A DNA stretch of 57,039 nucleotides from positions 1 through 57,039 of IMG/VR virus record IMGVR_UViG_3300037882_003134, one strand, 5' to 3'. Below are positions 1 through 9,600 of this stretch, piece after piece. Under the pieces are notes generated by a model. It was not told the DNA's origin. It saw nothing but the letters and a program-made list of their open reading frames with translations, and made no database searches. The DNA comes from a virus (lineage: Duplodnaviria > Caudoviricetes). Within the stretch, counting starts at the first letter, position 1. Every line of letters starts with the position of its first letter. The position numbers and the translations under genes are program-made.

Positions 1-1
1 C

Positions 2-847
2 GAAAGAAACGGCCACGCGAATCGACTTCCTGCGGATACGAAGCCGGAGATTCCCGACGGTGGATTCGAGCTCACGCCCGAGCTGATCCTGTACTCGACT
101 CCTGCAGGGCATCGGTATCTGCACCTGCCCACGATGACATGGATGAAGGGATTGACCACGTATCTGAACAACCTGCCCAAGGGACCGGGCCTCACGACGT
201 GGATCGCGAACCAAGGGGGATACGAGAAGTATCAGGAAGCTCTCGCCAAAGCTGCCAAACGGGGAACTGCGGTTCACTCTTCGATCCAAGACCTGCTTTC
301 CGGAAAAGTCGGCAGAGTGAAACGCGGTGAAATGGACAAAGAGGCGTACCACCACCTGCGAACATGGGTGCATTGGTTCGAGGACTACAAGCCGACCACT
401 CTCGCGATCGAGCAAGGCGTGTGCGATATCCGCCGCAAGATTGCCACGATGATCGACTGGCGTGGGGGAGTTGCGGAACCGATGGGACGATCCAAAACGC
501 CAGGTGAGCCGATCCACACAGCCCTCAACTGGAAGACCGGCTCTGGAATCTACGAATCTGCGCAGATTCAGGTCAGCGAAGAGGGACGGCTCTACAACGA
601 ATCAACCGAGCACGACGATTACGGCCCCGTGGAGCAGCTCGGGATCGTCCGAACTGGTGACAAGTACCGGAAGCGTGGCTACGAGTATTGGGCGATCGAC
701 GTTACCAAGCCAGAAGACCGGGTGCAGTTCGAGATCAACAACCAGATCGTGGACCACCTGATCGAGATCGAGAATCTGCTCAATCCGACGATGGAAGCAC
801 AGTGGCCTCCGGAGCCTCCGAAATTTCTGGAGCTGCCGCCCGAATAG
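2..847 (+). CDS. PD-(D/E)XK (Cas4/lambda-exo-like) phage exonuclease, 5'-partial
   Basis: Frame open from base 2; PKG..W...RGTAVH..I motif; visibly homologous to 50050..50799. Confidence 0.7.
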   Translation, partial: ERNGHANRLPADTKPEIPDGGFELTPELILYSTPAGHRYLHLPTMTWMKGLTTYLNNLPKGPGLTTWIANQGGYEKYQEALAKAAKRGTAVHSSIQDLLSGKVGRVKRGEMDKEAYHHLRTWVHWFEDYKPTTLAIEQGVCDIRRKIATMIDWRGGVAEPMGRSKTPGEPIHTALNWKTGSGIYESAQIQVSEEGRLYNESTEHDDYGPVEQLGIVRTGDKYRKRGYEYWAIDVTKPEDRVQFEINNQIVDHLIEIENLLNPTMEAQWPPEPPKFLELPPE

Positions 848-907
848 CCCGGAACCCGCTTGCGCTAGAGCACAAACGGGAATAGGCTACGAATGCTTTA
901 CGTTCGT

Positions 908-1345
908 ATGGGGAAGGCTACCACAGACAAGCAACGGCGGTACATGAGCCAGTACCAGAATGCCTGGCTCAAAAGGCGTCGGCAGGAATGGCTGGCAACT
1001 CAAGGTGCCTGCGTCCGGTGTGGATCGTGGAAAAAATTGGAAGTGGATCACATCGATCCGGAGCAGAAGGTCTCGCACCGCATCTGGAGTCTTAGCGAGA
1101 AACGTCGGCTGGCCGAGCTGGAGAAGTGCCAAGTACTCTGCCACGGCTGTCATCTGAAGAAGACAGCCGCAGATCGTGCAGCGAAGGTTCTGCACGCAAC
1201 CCTCACGATGTACCGAAACGGCTGCCGCTGCCGTGCATGCAAGGCGGTTCATGCGATCCGAGAGCGGCTTTATCGCTTGGGAGTTACGGGAAAAGCAATG
1301 CGTCTGCTTGTCACAGAATGCGTCACAGAATCCGAGAAACGGTGA
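908..1345 (+). CDS. HNH endonuclease
   Basis: CxxC..LEVDHIDP..KCQVLCxxCH; C-terminal GCRCxxC. Confidence 0.85.
   Translation: MGKATTDKQRRYMSQYQNAWLKRRRQEWLATQGACVRCGSWKKLEVDHIDPEQKVSHRIWSLSEKRRLAELEKCQVLCHGCHLKKTAADRAAKVLHATLTMYRNGCRCRACKAVHAIRERLYRLGVTGKAMRLLVTECVTESEKR
1310..1331. repeat. 10-bp direct repeat GTCACAGAAT x2 (GC spacer), integrase arm-type-like site
   Basis: Copies at 1310-1319 and 1322-1331, next to tRNA 3' end. Confidence 0.55.
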
Positions 1346-1375
1346 CGGAAAGTGTGGAACTTATGGAAAAAAGAG

Positions 1376-1449
1376 CGTCCCGGGCAGGATTCGAACCTGC
1401 GACCTGAGCTTTAGAAGAGCCCTGCTCTATCCAGCTGAGCTACCGGGAC
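1376..1449 (-). tRNA. trnR: tRNA-Arg (anticodon TCT), CCA not encoded
   Basis: GTCCCGG/CCGGGAC acceptor stem, TAGCTCAGCTGGATAGAGC D arm, GGGCT-CTTCTAA-AGCTC anticodon arm, GGTTCGAATCC T arm. Confidence 0.97.
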
Positions 1450-1575
1450 TTACGTCGTGTTCTGCCTCAGTCATTCTCCGTTAAAAAAATTCTGCGTCCA
1501 CCCCTAGCTTTTGGCTTAGAAGGCCAATACACTTTCCTCTGTACGCCGCGTATTATTGCATGTCAGAGCCGTTCT

Positions 1576-1597
1576 GACAGCTTTCGCGACAGCTTTC
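1576..1597. repeat. 10-bp direct repeat GACAGCTTTC x2 (GC spacer), arm-type-like site upstream of integrase
   Basis: Copies at 1576-1585 and 1588-1597. Confidence 0.55.
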
Positions 1598-1614
1598 AGC
1601 AGAGGAATGGCATC

Positions 1615-2613
1615 ATGCCCCGTAAATCCGCAGTGTGGTTTTGGGCTGCCCGTGGGGAATACTGTACCACGATCGACGGCAAACGGCATCGGCTCGGCAC
1701 CAACAAGAAAGACGCCGAGAAGCGATATCACGAGCTCATGGCGAAGCCCGAGCGGAGGGTGGTCGCTTCGGACACCGTGGTCGCAATCATCGACGCCTTT
1801 CTGGAGCATTGCCAAGCTCACCAAGCTATGGCCACCTACGACTGGTACAAGGATCACTGCCAGTCGTTCATCGAGACGATTCCCGCAACCCTGCGGGTGA
1901 ATGATCTCCGGCCACACCATCTTCAAAAGTGGGTCGATGCGAAAAAGACCTGGGCGAATGCCACGAAGCACGGCGGGCTTCGAGCCGTTCAACGTCCGTT
2001 TCGTTGGGCGGTAAAACAGGGCTACATCGACCACAGCCCGATTGCCATGATCGAAAAGCCGATGCCCGGTCGTAGGGAGCAAATCGTCACCGAGAAGGAA
2101 TTCAAGACGCTCATCAGCCACGTTAAAGACGAGCAGTTCCGCGATCTTCTCTGGGCTTCGTGGGAAACCGGAGCTAGGCCGCAGGAACTCTTGAAGGTCG
2201 AAGCTCGCCACGTCGATTTGGCAAACTCCCGCTGGGTATTCCCGACCGTCGAATCGAAGGGAAAGAAGCGGCAGCGGGTCGTCTATCTGACCGATCGAGT
2301 GTTGAAGATAACCAAGCGGCTGATGAAGAAGTGGCCGGAGGGGAAGCTGTTTCGCAATCGTCGCAACGCTCCTTGGAATCCGATGCAGCTCAACAACCGC
2401 TTCCAGAGACTTCACAAGAAGATCGGCGTCAGGTACTGCCTCTACGTCCTGCGTCACTCGTTCTGCACACGGGCACTGGAAAACGGTGTCGATGCAGTGA
2501 CGCTGGCCGAGCTGATGGGGCACACCGATGCCACGATGATCTCGAAGGTCTACGCCCATCTCACGCACAACCGCACCCGTTTGCTTGACCAGGCGAAGAA
2601 GGCTGCGGGATAA
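1615..2613 (+). CDS. int: Tyrosine recombinase/integrase
   Basis: TGARPQE (R), LRHSF, LMGH, VYAH (Y) catalytic motifs; beside tRNA. Confidence 0.95.
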   Translation: MPRKSAVWFWAARGEYCTTIDGKRHRLGTNKKDAEKRYHELMAKPERRVVASDTVVAIIDAFLEHCQAHQAMATYDWYKDHCQSFIETIPATLRVNDLRPHHLQKWVDAKKTWANATKHGGLRAVQRPFRWAVKQGYIDHSPIAMIEKPMPGRREQIVTEKEFKTLISHVKDEQFRDLLWASWETGARPQELLKVEARHVDLANSRWVFPTVESKGKKRQRVVYLTDRVLKITKRLMKKWPEGKLFRNRRNAPWNPMQLNNRFQRLHKKIGVRYCLYVLRHSFCTRALENGVDAVTLAELMGHTDATMISKVYAHLTHNRTRLLDQAKKAAG

Positions 2614-2820
2614 TATCCGCATGGATGCACTGGCTTTTCTCAAAATGGCATCGGACGGTAAAGGTCGCATCGTTTCTTCTGGCGACTTGACCGTCATTGA
2701 GATTGCGCAGGCACGTGCTTGTGGACGGTTTTTTGTTGAACCAGGTGGCGGACTTGGTTGGGCGCTGATTCCGTGGGAGGTCTCGACAGAAAAAGACCAT
2801 CACCGCGAGACCGTCAATAG

Positions 2821-3171
2821 CTAGATCTTCAGATGTTTCAGCTTACCAGGCGGGGACTGCTTTGGCAGTTTCTCGCCGCGCCTGCATGAATCGATGTAGG
2901 CTTGAAGATCCTCGCGCTTGATCCGCTTCGAGCCTCCCTTCGGTCCGATGTCGTGGCACGGGAGCTTGCCCGAGTCGAGCATCTCATAGACCGAAGAGAG
3001 GCCGAGGCTCAGGATCTCTGCCGCTTCTGCGACAGTGAGGTATTCCTTCCACGGCGGGATGAGCTTCTCTCCGGCAGGACCGGGAGTGCCGCAGCGCGGG
3101 CAGTCGCAGACTTGCAGGTCTGCGAACCACTTTGCATCGCACTGGCCGCAGACGAAGTACCAGTAGTTCAC
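2821..3171 (-). CDS. Zn-ribbon + excisionase-like HTH (HTH_17) protein
   Basis: CxxC..CxxC then YLTVAEAAEILSLGLSSVYEM..GKLP; convergent on integrase. Confidence 0.8.
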   Translation of the reverse strand: MNYWYFVCGQCDAKWFADLQVCDCPRCGTPGPAGEKLIPPWKEYLTVAEAAEILSLGLSSVYEMLDSGKLPCHDIGPKGGSKRIKREDLQAYIDSCRRGEKLPKQSPPGKLKHLKI

Positions 3172-3527
3172 GACTTCTTCTCCTTCATCGCTTCGAGTTG
3201 TCTTCGACGCGTTTCAAGGTGGTACCTCCAGGCCTTCGCTCGAATGATGTGTTCAATCGCGTCGTACACTCGCGCGATAGTCTCAAGATTCCCACGGCAC
3301 AACGGATACTTCTTGGTTACCCGCTCCATGATTAGAGGAGGCATCCATTTCGGCAGTGGCTTGGGATATCCGTGTTTGTCATCAGGCTTCCACCTGCGGC
3401 CACGCCTTAAGCACTCCTCGATGAACAGCCGTGTGTCATCCATGAATTCCTCGGTGCTTTTTTGGTCGCTGTCGAATCCCATCGCGAACCCGAGCACGCT
3501 GTATTGCCAACGATCTTGATTCATCAT
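3168..3527 (-). CDS. Hypothetical protein
   Basis: Coupled to flanking - strand genes. Confidence 0.5.
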   Translation of the reverse strand: MMNQDRWQYSVLGFAMGFDSDQKSTEEFMDDTRLFIEECLRRGRRWKPDDKHGYPKPLPKWMPPLIMERVTKKYPLCRGNLETIARVYDAIEHIIRAKAWRYHLETRRRQLEAMKEKKS

Positions 3528-3528
3528 G

Positions 3529-3711
3529 TCACCCGGTCTTCTTCTCCTCTCCTCCCTTCAGTCGCAGAAGTCCCTTCAGCGTCTGCCAGGTTACGGTGAT
3601 GTTTTTGTAGCTACCGTCCGTGAAGCTGCACTGGATGCACTCGCCCTCTTTGCCGTTCATCTGATCCTTAGCCTTGGGCAGTAGCTTGTGGATCGTCACT
3701 ACGTCGTTCAT
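3529..3711 (-). CDS. Small hypothetical protein
   Basis: AGGAG SD before ATG 3711. Confidence 0.55.
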   Translation of the reverse strand: MNDVVTIHKLLPKAKDQMNGKEGECIQCSFTDGSYKNITVTWQTLKGLLRLKGGEEKKTG

Positions 3712-4046
3712 CGTTCTTCTCCTGATTGAAAGTGATGGGGGCGCAGGGCTCGCCCCCTTGTTTCTCACACCAGCCACTTACGTGCCTTCTTCAAGTGCTT
3801 GATGAATTTGTCTAGCTCATCAGCGTTCATCGACACGCCACATCGCATGGAGGGATGCGAGATGCCGATATCGACCAAGCCGACCCTACAGGGAGGCCAG
3901 TCTGTCTGAGTGATGACAACGCCAAATTCGCCAGCGTCTGCAAAAAGCTCGTTCAACATGGGATTGGGGAGAACAAAGTAAAAACCCACAGACCGCCAAG
4001 TACGCAGGAGCCAACGCCCTGAAAGCTCAAGCGTGAGGGGCGGGGG

Positions 4047-4808
4047 TTACTGTGGTTGCTTCGAATACGTCCGCGAGATCGCTCTCGCAATGTCTTGGTC
4101 ATCCCACGGCGGGATTGCTTTGCCAGATTGGTTCCATTGCAGGAGAAGCACCGTCGCTTCCGATTCCGTCAGTCCACCGTCACGACAGACAGCAGCAGCA
4201 CGAACCAAACCACGACTGCCACCCTGTCCCTGCACTGACTCGATCTTCATCACGTAGCTCTCCACGCGCTTCACCTCTTTGCGGGTGACACTCCGCTCGA
4301 TCCGCTCCTCAATGACTTCCTCGATCCACGAGGGATCAAACTCAGGCACGCGATCCATATTCCACGAACCGCGTCGTTCATATGGCTCCTCTGTGTCGGG
4401 ATGCACGGTCGGAGCGGCAACGCAGTACGATCCTTCGGCCTTCAGATCGACCAGCACGCCAGCGATCCGGATGCGAGTCGGGATCTCCACCTGGTTGATT
4501 CGGTAATACAAATGCCCCTTCCCAGCAGAGCTTCGCGTCATCATTTCCGTTCTCGGAAGTTTGCCGTACAGCTCGCGAGTCTTCTCTTCCGAGTCGCAGT
4601 CCACGGCAATCACTCCTGAAACTTTCCCGCAGATGATCGCGATTCCGTGGCGGGTCTTGGCGAACCACTTGATCAGTTCATCATCGGTGGGGTGCCGTTC
4701 CTGAAGATCTTTCCACGGTACGGACGGCGACTTCGTGCCTGCCTTGATCGGGCAGACCGACAGTCCACGTTCCCGGTAGAACAGAGCTTCTTTCAGCACG
4801 GCGAGCAT
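4047..4808 (-). CDS. Bifunctional DNA primase/polymerase (Prim-Pol) with PriCT-like C-terminus
   Basis: K.P..W, IAIICG, VDCD, GHLYY, DLKAEGSYCVAAPTVH motifs. Confidence 0.9.
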   Translation of the reverse strand: MLAVLKEALFYRERGLSVCPIKAGTKSPSVPWKDLQERHPTDDELIKWFAKTRHGIAIICGKVSGVIAVDCDSEEKTRELYGKLPRTEMMTRSSAGKGHLYYRINQVEIPTRIRIAGVLVDLKAEGSYCVAAPTVHPDTEEPYERRGSWNMDRVPEFDPSWIEEVIEERIERSVTRKEVKRVESYVMKIESVQGQGGSRGLVRAAAVCRDGGLTESEATVLLLQWNQSGKAIPPWDDQDIARAISRTYSKQPQ

Positions 4809-4809
4809 G

Positions 4810-5094
4810 TTAGTCCTCGTTCTCCTCCTTGTCTTCTCTCTCCTTGCACATCCGAGCTATCTCATCCATTTGCTGACACAACTTCGGAAATGCCCATACG
4901 GTGTAGATCAGCAGGCAGACATTGACGAACATCGGGAACACAAAGAAGCCAAAAAGTGCTCCTCCGAGACCTTCCCAGAGATACCCTCCAACTGCACCAG
5001 CAAGGAAAACGCTCACTACAAAACGGCGAGGATCGGCAAGTAGAAACTGGATCATGGCAACCTCCTGAAAGTAGGGAGAGGGTGTGCAGGGCAC
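4810..5094 (-). CDS. Small membrane protein
   Basis: Two hydrophobic segments. Confidence 0.5.
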   Translation of the reverse strand: MPCTPSPYFQEVAMIQFLLADPRRFVVSVFLAGAVGGYLWEGLGGALFGFFVFPMFVNVCLLIYTVWAFPKLCQQMDEIARMCKEREDKEENED

Positions 5095-5371
5095 CCTCTC
5101 CGTGTTATGTCCCGAACAAAAGCTGCTGCCAGAGCGGCTTCTTTGATCCTCCTCCGCTTCCCATCTGCACTTTGCTAATAAAGGCAGAAGGGTTCTTCCT
5201 CATTCGTTCGCAGGCAATCCAATGTGCGTTGCTGGCGCTTCTTGCATCGACCACGATCTGATATGTGAGTTTCACGGTGTAGAGCATCGGTTTCGGGGGT
5301 AACGGATATAGACCGCCAAGGGGCGGTGCCACCGGGCATTCCCACTGCGTCCCTGAACGCAGTACAGGGAT

Positions 5372-5671
5372 TTAGTCCGGGTTATGGCCAAACTTCGTTT
5401 CAGCCCACTGCAAAAGTTGTCCAAACAGAAAGCCAGCACACAAACCGTGAAAGCCGAAGTAGAACGATCCACCGAACAGGCAAGTAATCAGCACTAGCAT
5501 CCGACGACACCCAGTCGTGAAAGTGAGCGGAACATATCCCTGTTTGCGGATCAGTTGCTGTTCCTCCAGATAACCCATTACCGCGAGAATCGCGGCAAGC
5601 AGGCAGAGTATCCCAATCGCAATCTGCAGGAAGAGCTGGTCACCAGAGCTTTTGATACCTGTGAAATCCAT
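5372..5671 (-). CDS. Membrane protein
   Basis: GGAGG SD; 2-3 hydrophobic segments. Confidence 0.55.
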   Translation of the reverse strand: MDFTGIKSSGDQLFLQIAIGILCLLAAILAVMGYLEEQQLIRKQGYVPLTFTTGCRRMLVLITCLFGGSFYFGFHGLCAGFLFGQLLQWAETKFGHNPD

Positions 5672-5719
5672 GATTAGTCCTCCCTTCGTTTTGTTTGCTT
5701 TGCTATATGAGCCAAGGAT

Positions 5720-6334
5720 TTACGCTCCTTCGGCCTGTTCACTCATTCGCGCGTTTCTGTGCAGGTTTTCGATCACCTTATCGAGCGCCCACTGATCCCC
5801 GTCGCAGTCGGTCACAATGACCTTTGAAGGGGGCTGTAGCGCGTTTTCGTACGTGGTAGCTAGTAGGGCAGCCGAAAGGAACGAACAACGCTCTAGGATC
5901 GAATACATGCGTTTCTCGGTTGACGTAATGATCAAAACGGTGTCTTCGCAATCGATGTACGAACGGAGTCGGGCTTCCACACGCGGTAAGCTCATTGATC
6001 CAGTGTCCATTTCCAGATGCAGTTTTCCGATCGTGCCGTCAGGCCGGAGCGTCTTGTCCACATCGTTGCCTCGTAAGCACTGGTATCCCCAGAGACGAAC
6101 AACACGAGTGAGCTTCAACTCATGCTCCACGTTGTCTGTCTTGAATCGCTGGGATGAATACACGGCAGTGGGTCTCCCGTTTGAGTGGACGTAGCCGATC
6201 ACGAAGACGAGCCCTTCTTCTTTGAGCCGTTTGATCCTTCGGTATGCCGACCGTTCGTTCCTTGGGATTTCTTTGACGGTTTGTGGGTGGTAGAGCCGTT
6301 CGAGGAGTTCTTTGTCTGTGGGGGTAATGACCAC
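5720..6334 (-). CDS. Replication-relaxation (Replic_Relax-like) protein
   Basis: N-terminal wHTH; HEL, RPDG, LEMDTGS motifs; downstream of VirD4-like ATPase. Confidence 0.75.
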   Translation of the reverse strand: MVITPTDKELLERLYHPQTVKEIPRNERSAYRRIKRLKEEGLVFVIGYVHSNGRPTAVYSSQRFKTDNVEHELKLTRVVRLWGYQCLRGNDVDKTLRPDGTIGKLHLEMDTGSMSLPRVEARLRSYIDCEDTVLIITSTEKRMYSILERCSFLSAALLATTYENALQPPSKVIVTDCDGDQWALDKVIENLHRNARMSEQAEGA

Positions 6335-8334
6335 TTTTCGACCTCGCCGGGGATGAAGTAACAGGGATGAATGGAGTACATCCAGTCGAGCAACAGATCC
6401 ATGTCACACGGTTCCTGATCGAGGATCGTGTGTGCGCGGAAGATGATCGGCTGCTTATCTGCGTAGCTCAACACGAAGTGCCTTGGCGGGAGAGTTGCGA
6501 GCATTCTCTTGATCGCCCAGAGCTGCGCTTCAATCGGGTACAGCAGACCGGATGCGTACCATTCCTCGCGAGTGATCGGTAGGTGCGTGCTCTTGTTGGA
6601 TTCAGTGAATGTTTCCGACACACTCCCGCCGTTGCTTCCGGTTCTGCCACGGGCGGTCTGTGCATTCACCGAGCGACCGAAGGAGTGATTGTCTGAATGG
6701 CTCCCGTTTTCCCCGCGTGAATAACCACGCGTCTTTCCCCGCGTGCGGCCACTAGATTCGGAACGACCTTCTGACTGACTGCCTGTAGCACTCTCTCGGG
6801 TTTCATTCGCAGAGTACCCATCGCCTTTGGTAAGTGTGCGTCCTGCGTTTTCCGAGTGCCCCTCGCTCTCGCCGAAACTCCAGTTTTCTGAATTGCCCCT
6901 GCTGTCAGAAGAACCATGCGTGAAGGAGCTGGAATTGCCATTGGTATGAACGAGGCTATTCCCGTTAGTCCATGTCTGCTGCGTAGAGACTCCCTTGCTC
7001 GTATCTGTGAGCGTCACTACTTGGTGCCCTGCAGGGCGATCCATCGGCTTCCAGTTCAGCTCGGTGTTCACGACCTTACCGAGAAAATGCTCGGCAATAT
7101 CCTTCGACTCCCACGGTACCGAGCCGATGAGTTTCAGATCGCACTCTGACATCACCGGAGCGAGCATGCTCACGTACTTGTTTTCCAAGCTGGACGGGTC
7201 TTGAGCGGTGATCACCAGGCGGCAATTGTGCTTTCTGCCGGTTCTCAAAATTTCAGCCGTGTCACTGCGAAGCATCTGGCAGGCTTCCTCTATGACGATG
7301 TAGAACGGCTCGGGATCGTGCCAGTTTGCTTCGATGAACTCGTTGTTCAGCATCGCGCCGATAGCGTCGCACTGTTCTCGGGAGATCAGCGGCGTACTGC
7401 CTAGCTTCACCAGAACGACGCCACGATTGCGGACGATCCAGCGGGCATCGATCGAGGGAGCATTCCCGGAAACGATGTCCTTCACTCGTCCCCGAAGGAA
7501 TGAGCGCAGGATGTTCTCCGTGGATTCCACCTCCCGCTGCCGCTGGCCGTAATTCGTATGATGCAGCCGGAAAAGATTCTGCGCCACGTCGTACGGCAGA
7601 TAGTCGGCCACCTCGTTGAACATCCGCTCCCACGGTTTCGATCCGAACTGGATCGCGTCGATTGCGCGACCAAGACCGAAGTGCTTCCCGTTCGCCTTCC
7701 GAGTGCCGAGCATGTAGAGCACGTCGAACAGGACACGTTCGCGGCGCATCTGGTCTTTGAAGTCATCCAGACCTTGCTTGCGAGCCAGAATCTTGCCGAC
7801 GAACTCTACCCGTCCAGCCAGCCAGTCGTCGTACAGTCGCCCAGTCAGGCGTGTGAAGAATGAATCGTAGGCGAACAGCGTGTCGGAACTCGGATCGATC
7901 AGGTAGATGTGCCTCATTCGTTCTTCGCCGATGATGTTTCGCATGTTGCAAAGCCTCACAAACACGTCTTGCGCCGTCTGGTTGTCAGCGTCCATTAGGA
8001 GCATCCCACGGTTTTGTTCGACGAGCTGGACGCACATCGATGTCAACAGCCGACTCTTCCCCTTCCCGGTCGGAGCTATCACGATCGTGTGACGGGCTAG
8101 GCAGTCTTCGCTGATGCTCATTGCTGCGTCCCGGATCATCCCCATATCTAAGCGTGAGCCAGTCTTGCTCAACGACACGCTCTCTTCGTGGTGCTGGACG
8201 AGGTTTGTTCTGTACTGCATCGACGATGTTCTCGATGTCATGGCGATTCCTCCAAAGAAGCCAAAGAAAGACCACAACGACGGTGGTTGTGATGACTGCT
8301 GCGAAATAGCACCACACAGCAATGGCGATCCCAA
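6199..8334 (-). CDS. VirD4/TraD/HerA-like P-loop ATPase (start uncertain)
   Basis: RHTIVIAPTGKGKS Walker A, IVIEEA Walker B, GRK..LVITAQ; long S/G/T-rich insert. Confidence 0.85.
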   Translation of the reverse strand: MGSPLLCGAISQQSSQPPSLWSFFGFFGGIAMTSRTSSMQYRTNLVQHHEESVSLSKTGSRLDMGMIRDAAMSISEDCLARHTIVIAPTGKGKSRLLTSMCVQLVEQNRGMLLMDADNQTAQDVFVRLCNMRNIIGEERMRHIYLIDPSSDTLFAYDSFFTRLTGRLYDDWLAGRVEFVGKILARKQGLDDFKDQMRRERVLFDVLYMLGTRKANGKHFGLGRAIDAIQFGSKPWERMFNEVADYLPYDVAQNLFRLHHTNYGQRQREVESTENILRSFLRGRVKDIVSGNAPSIDARWIVRNRGVVLVKLGSTPLISREQCDAIGAMLNNEFIEANWHDPEPFYIVIEEACQMLRSDTAEILRTGRKHNCRLVITAQDPSSLENKYVSMLAPVMSECDLKLIGSVPWESKDIAEHFLGKVVNTELNWKPMDRPAGHQVVTLTDTSKGVSTQQTWTNGNSLVHTNGNSSSFTHGSSDSRGNSENWSFGESEGHSENAGRTLTKGDGYSANETRESATGSQSEGRSESSGRTRGKTRGYSRGENGSHSDNHSFGRSVNAQTARGRTGSNGGSVSETFTESNKSTHLPITREEWYASGLLYPIEAQLWAIKRMLATLPPRHFVLSYADKQPIIFRAHTILDQEPCDMDLLLDWMYSIHPCYFIPGEVEKWSLPPQTKNSSNGSTTHKPSKKSQGTNGRHTEGSNGSKKKGSSS

Positions 8335-8515
8335 TCACGCAGAGAGAAACGAACGGGTTGTCCTTCGCTTCTCCGGGTCGATCCCGATAGAGCCAGAACA
8401 TCGGAGCAAGTCCGTAGGCGAGGCAGATCACCGCCTTGATCACGATTGCTTCCATCGTCTCCCGCTCCCATTGCCATCCGGCGAGGTTGATGCAAATGAC
8501 ACAACCTTGATACAT
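7985..8515 (-). CDS. Membrane protein overlapping ATPase 5' end (possible split N-terminus)
   Basis: Hydrophobic segments; long overlap with ATPase ORF. Confidence 0.45.
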   Translation of the reverse strand: MYQGCVICINLAGWQWERETMEAIVIKAVICLAYGLAPMFWLYRDRPGEAKDNPFVSLCVIGIAIAVWCYFAAVITTTVVVVFLWLLWRNRHDIENIVDAVQNKPRPAPRRERVVEQDWLTLRYGDDPGRSNEHQRRLPSPSHDRDSSDREGEESAVDIDVRPARRTKPWDAPNGR

Positions 8516-8567
8516 ATGATACTACGGGCGACGATGGGGATTTCAAGAGGGTCAGCGGAGAAAAAAG

Positions 8568-9137
8568 TCAGCTCACGCTTTTTCTGGCGTCCGCAGGAGC
8601 CGGAACCAGGTCGATAGACGGTACTGTTGCCGAGCTGGAATGCACGCTTCGCTTACCATCCACGGTCACTTCAATCACGAACATGCCATGCTTCGCACCA
8701 CCAGCACGGCGATGTCGTAAGTTCCCAGGAAGTCCCGACTTAGGGCATTTTGCCCGGACATTGAGTTGCTGGAAAAGTGCCTGAATTCGTCGTGCAACGT
8801 CTTGGTTCGCCTCAAACGATCCACCGCTGTACCCAACAAGACCACTGAGGACTGCCTGTAGCCGGTTCGCAATGTCCCGCTGGACAGTTTGCAATTCCGT
8901 TTCGATCTTCCCAAGCTGCGTTAGGGGTGTGAGTCCCTCAAGGAACTTCTCAATGTTCTTCTTCGCGGCAGCAGTGTTCTTTTCGATGAATTCCGTAGTT
9001 TTCTTGGCCAGATCGGGAGGGGGAGAAGCGTTTTGTACACTATCACTTTGGGATTCTCCGGCAAAACGATCCGTTGGAATCCGGCGATCGGGCTTCGGAG
9101 TGGATGTCTGTGCTGATTCTGCGGATTTTTTGGCCAT
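8568..9137 (-). CDS. Hypothetical protein
   Basis: 189-aa ORF filling the interval. Confidence 0.55.
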   Translation of the reverse strand: MAKKSAESAQTSTPKPDRRIPTDRFAGESQSDSVQNASPPPDLAKKTTEFIEKNTAAAKKNIEKFLEGLTPLTQLGKIETELQTVQRDIANRLQAVLSGLVGYSGGSFEANQDVARRIQALFQQLNVRAKCPKSGLPGNLRHRRAGGAKHGMFVIEVTVDGKRSVHSSSATVPSIDLVPAPADARKSVS

Positions 9138-9192
9138 TTTCCCGCTCGTTTTCCCCGGTTCATTGCGAAGTAGTCACATTTCATTCTACCTC

Positions 9193-9222
9193 AAAAAGCC
9201 CCAACACCGAAGTGCTGGGGTG
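9193..9222 (-). terminator. Intrinsic terminator
   Basis: CCCCAGCAC-TTCG-GTGTTGGGG then TTTTT on - strand. Confidence 0.75.
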
Positions 9223-9245
9223 CTCATCCGTGAGCGGGCAAAGCG

Positions 9246-9548
9246 TTACCGCTTCGCGTCCTGCTCTGCGATCCAGAGGGCGCAGTCCTGCAGCGCGAGA
9301 GCGAGCGCAGGCAAGTCTTGCGGCCAGAACGAATCCGACCGCTTCCATTCGTCACCGTCCTTGTAGGAACGGGAGACAGTCACCGTGTGTGTGAGTCGTT
9401 TGTCGTCACCGACTTCCTTCTCCCACACAGCAGCTTCGATGCTTCCCGAACCGCCGATATAGAAGCGGCGGGAATACACGGGTGGATCTTTCTTTTCGGC
9501 TCCACCATTGCCGTTGCCGTTTGAACGGCGGTTCTGAAAACGAGACAT
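9246..9548 (-). CDS. Putative ssDNA-binding protein
   Basis: GGAGG SD; IEAAVW..VTVSRSYKDGDEWK.SDSF..DL pattern. Confidence 0.6.
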   Translation of the reverse strand: MSRFQNRRSNGNGNGGAEKKDPPVYSRRFYIGGSGSIEAAVWEKEVGDDKRLTHTVTVSRSYKDGDEWKRSDSFWPQDLPALALALQDCALWIAEQDAKR

Positions 9549-9600
9549 TGAACAACCTCCAAAGTGAAAAGGGAGGCATCCGTGCCAGAGAACGCGGCTC

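Noticed and set aside
1516-2697. 393-aa - strand ORF
   Set aside because: Antisense shadow of the integrase; no motifs
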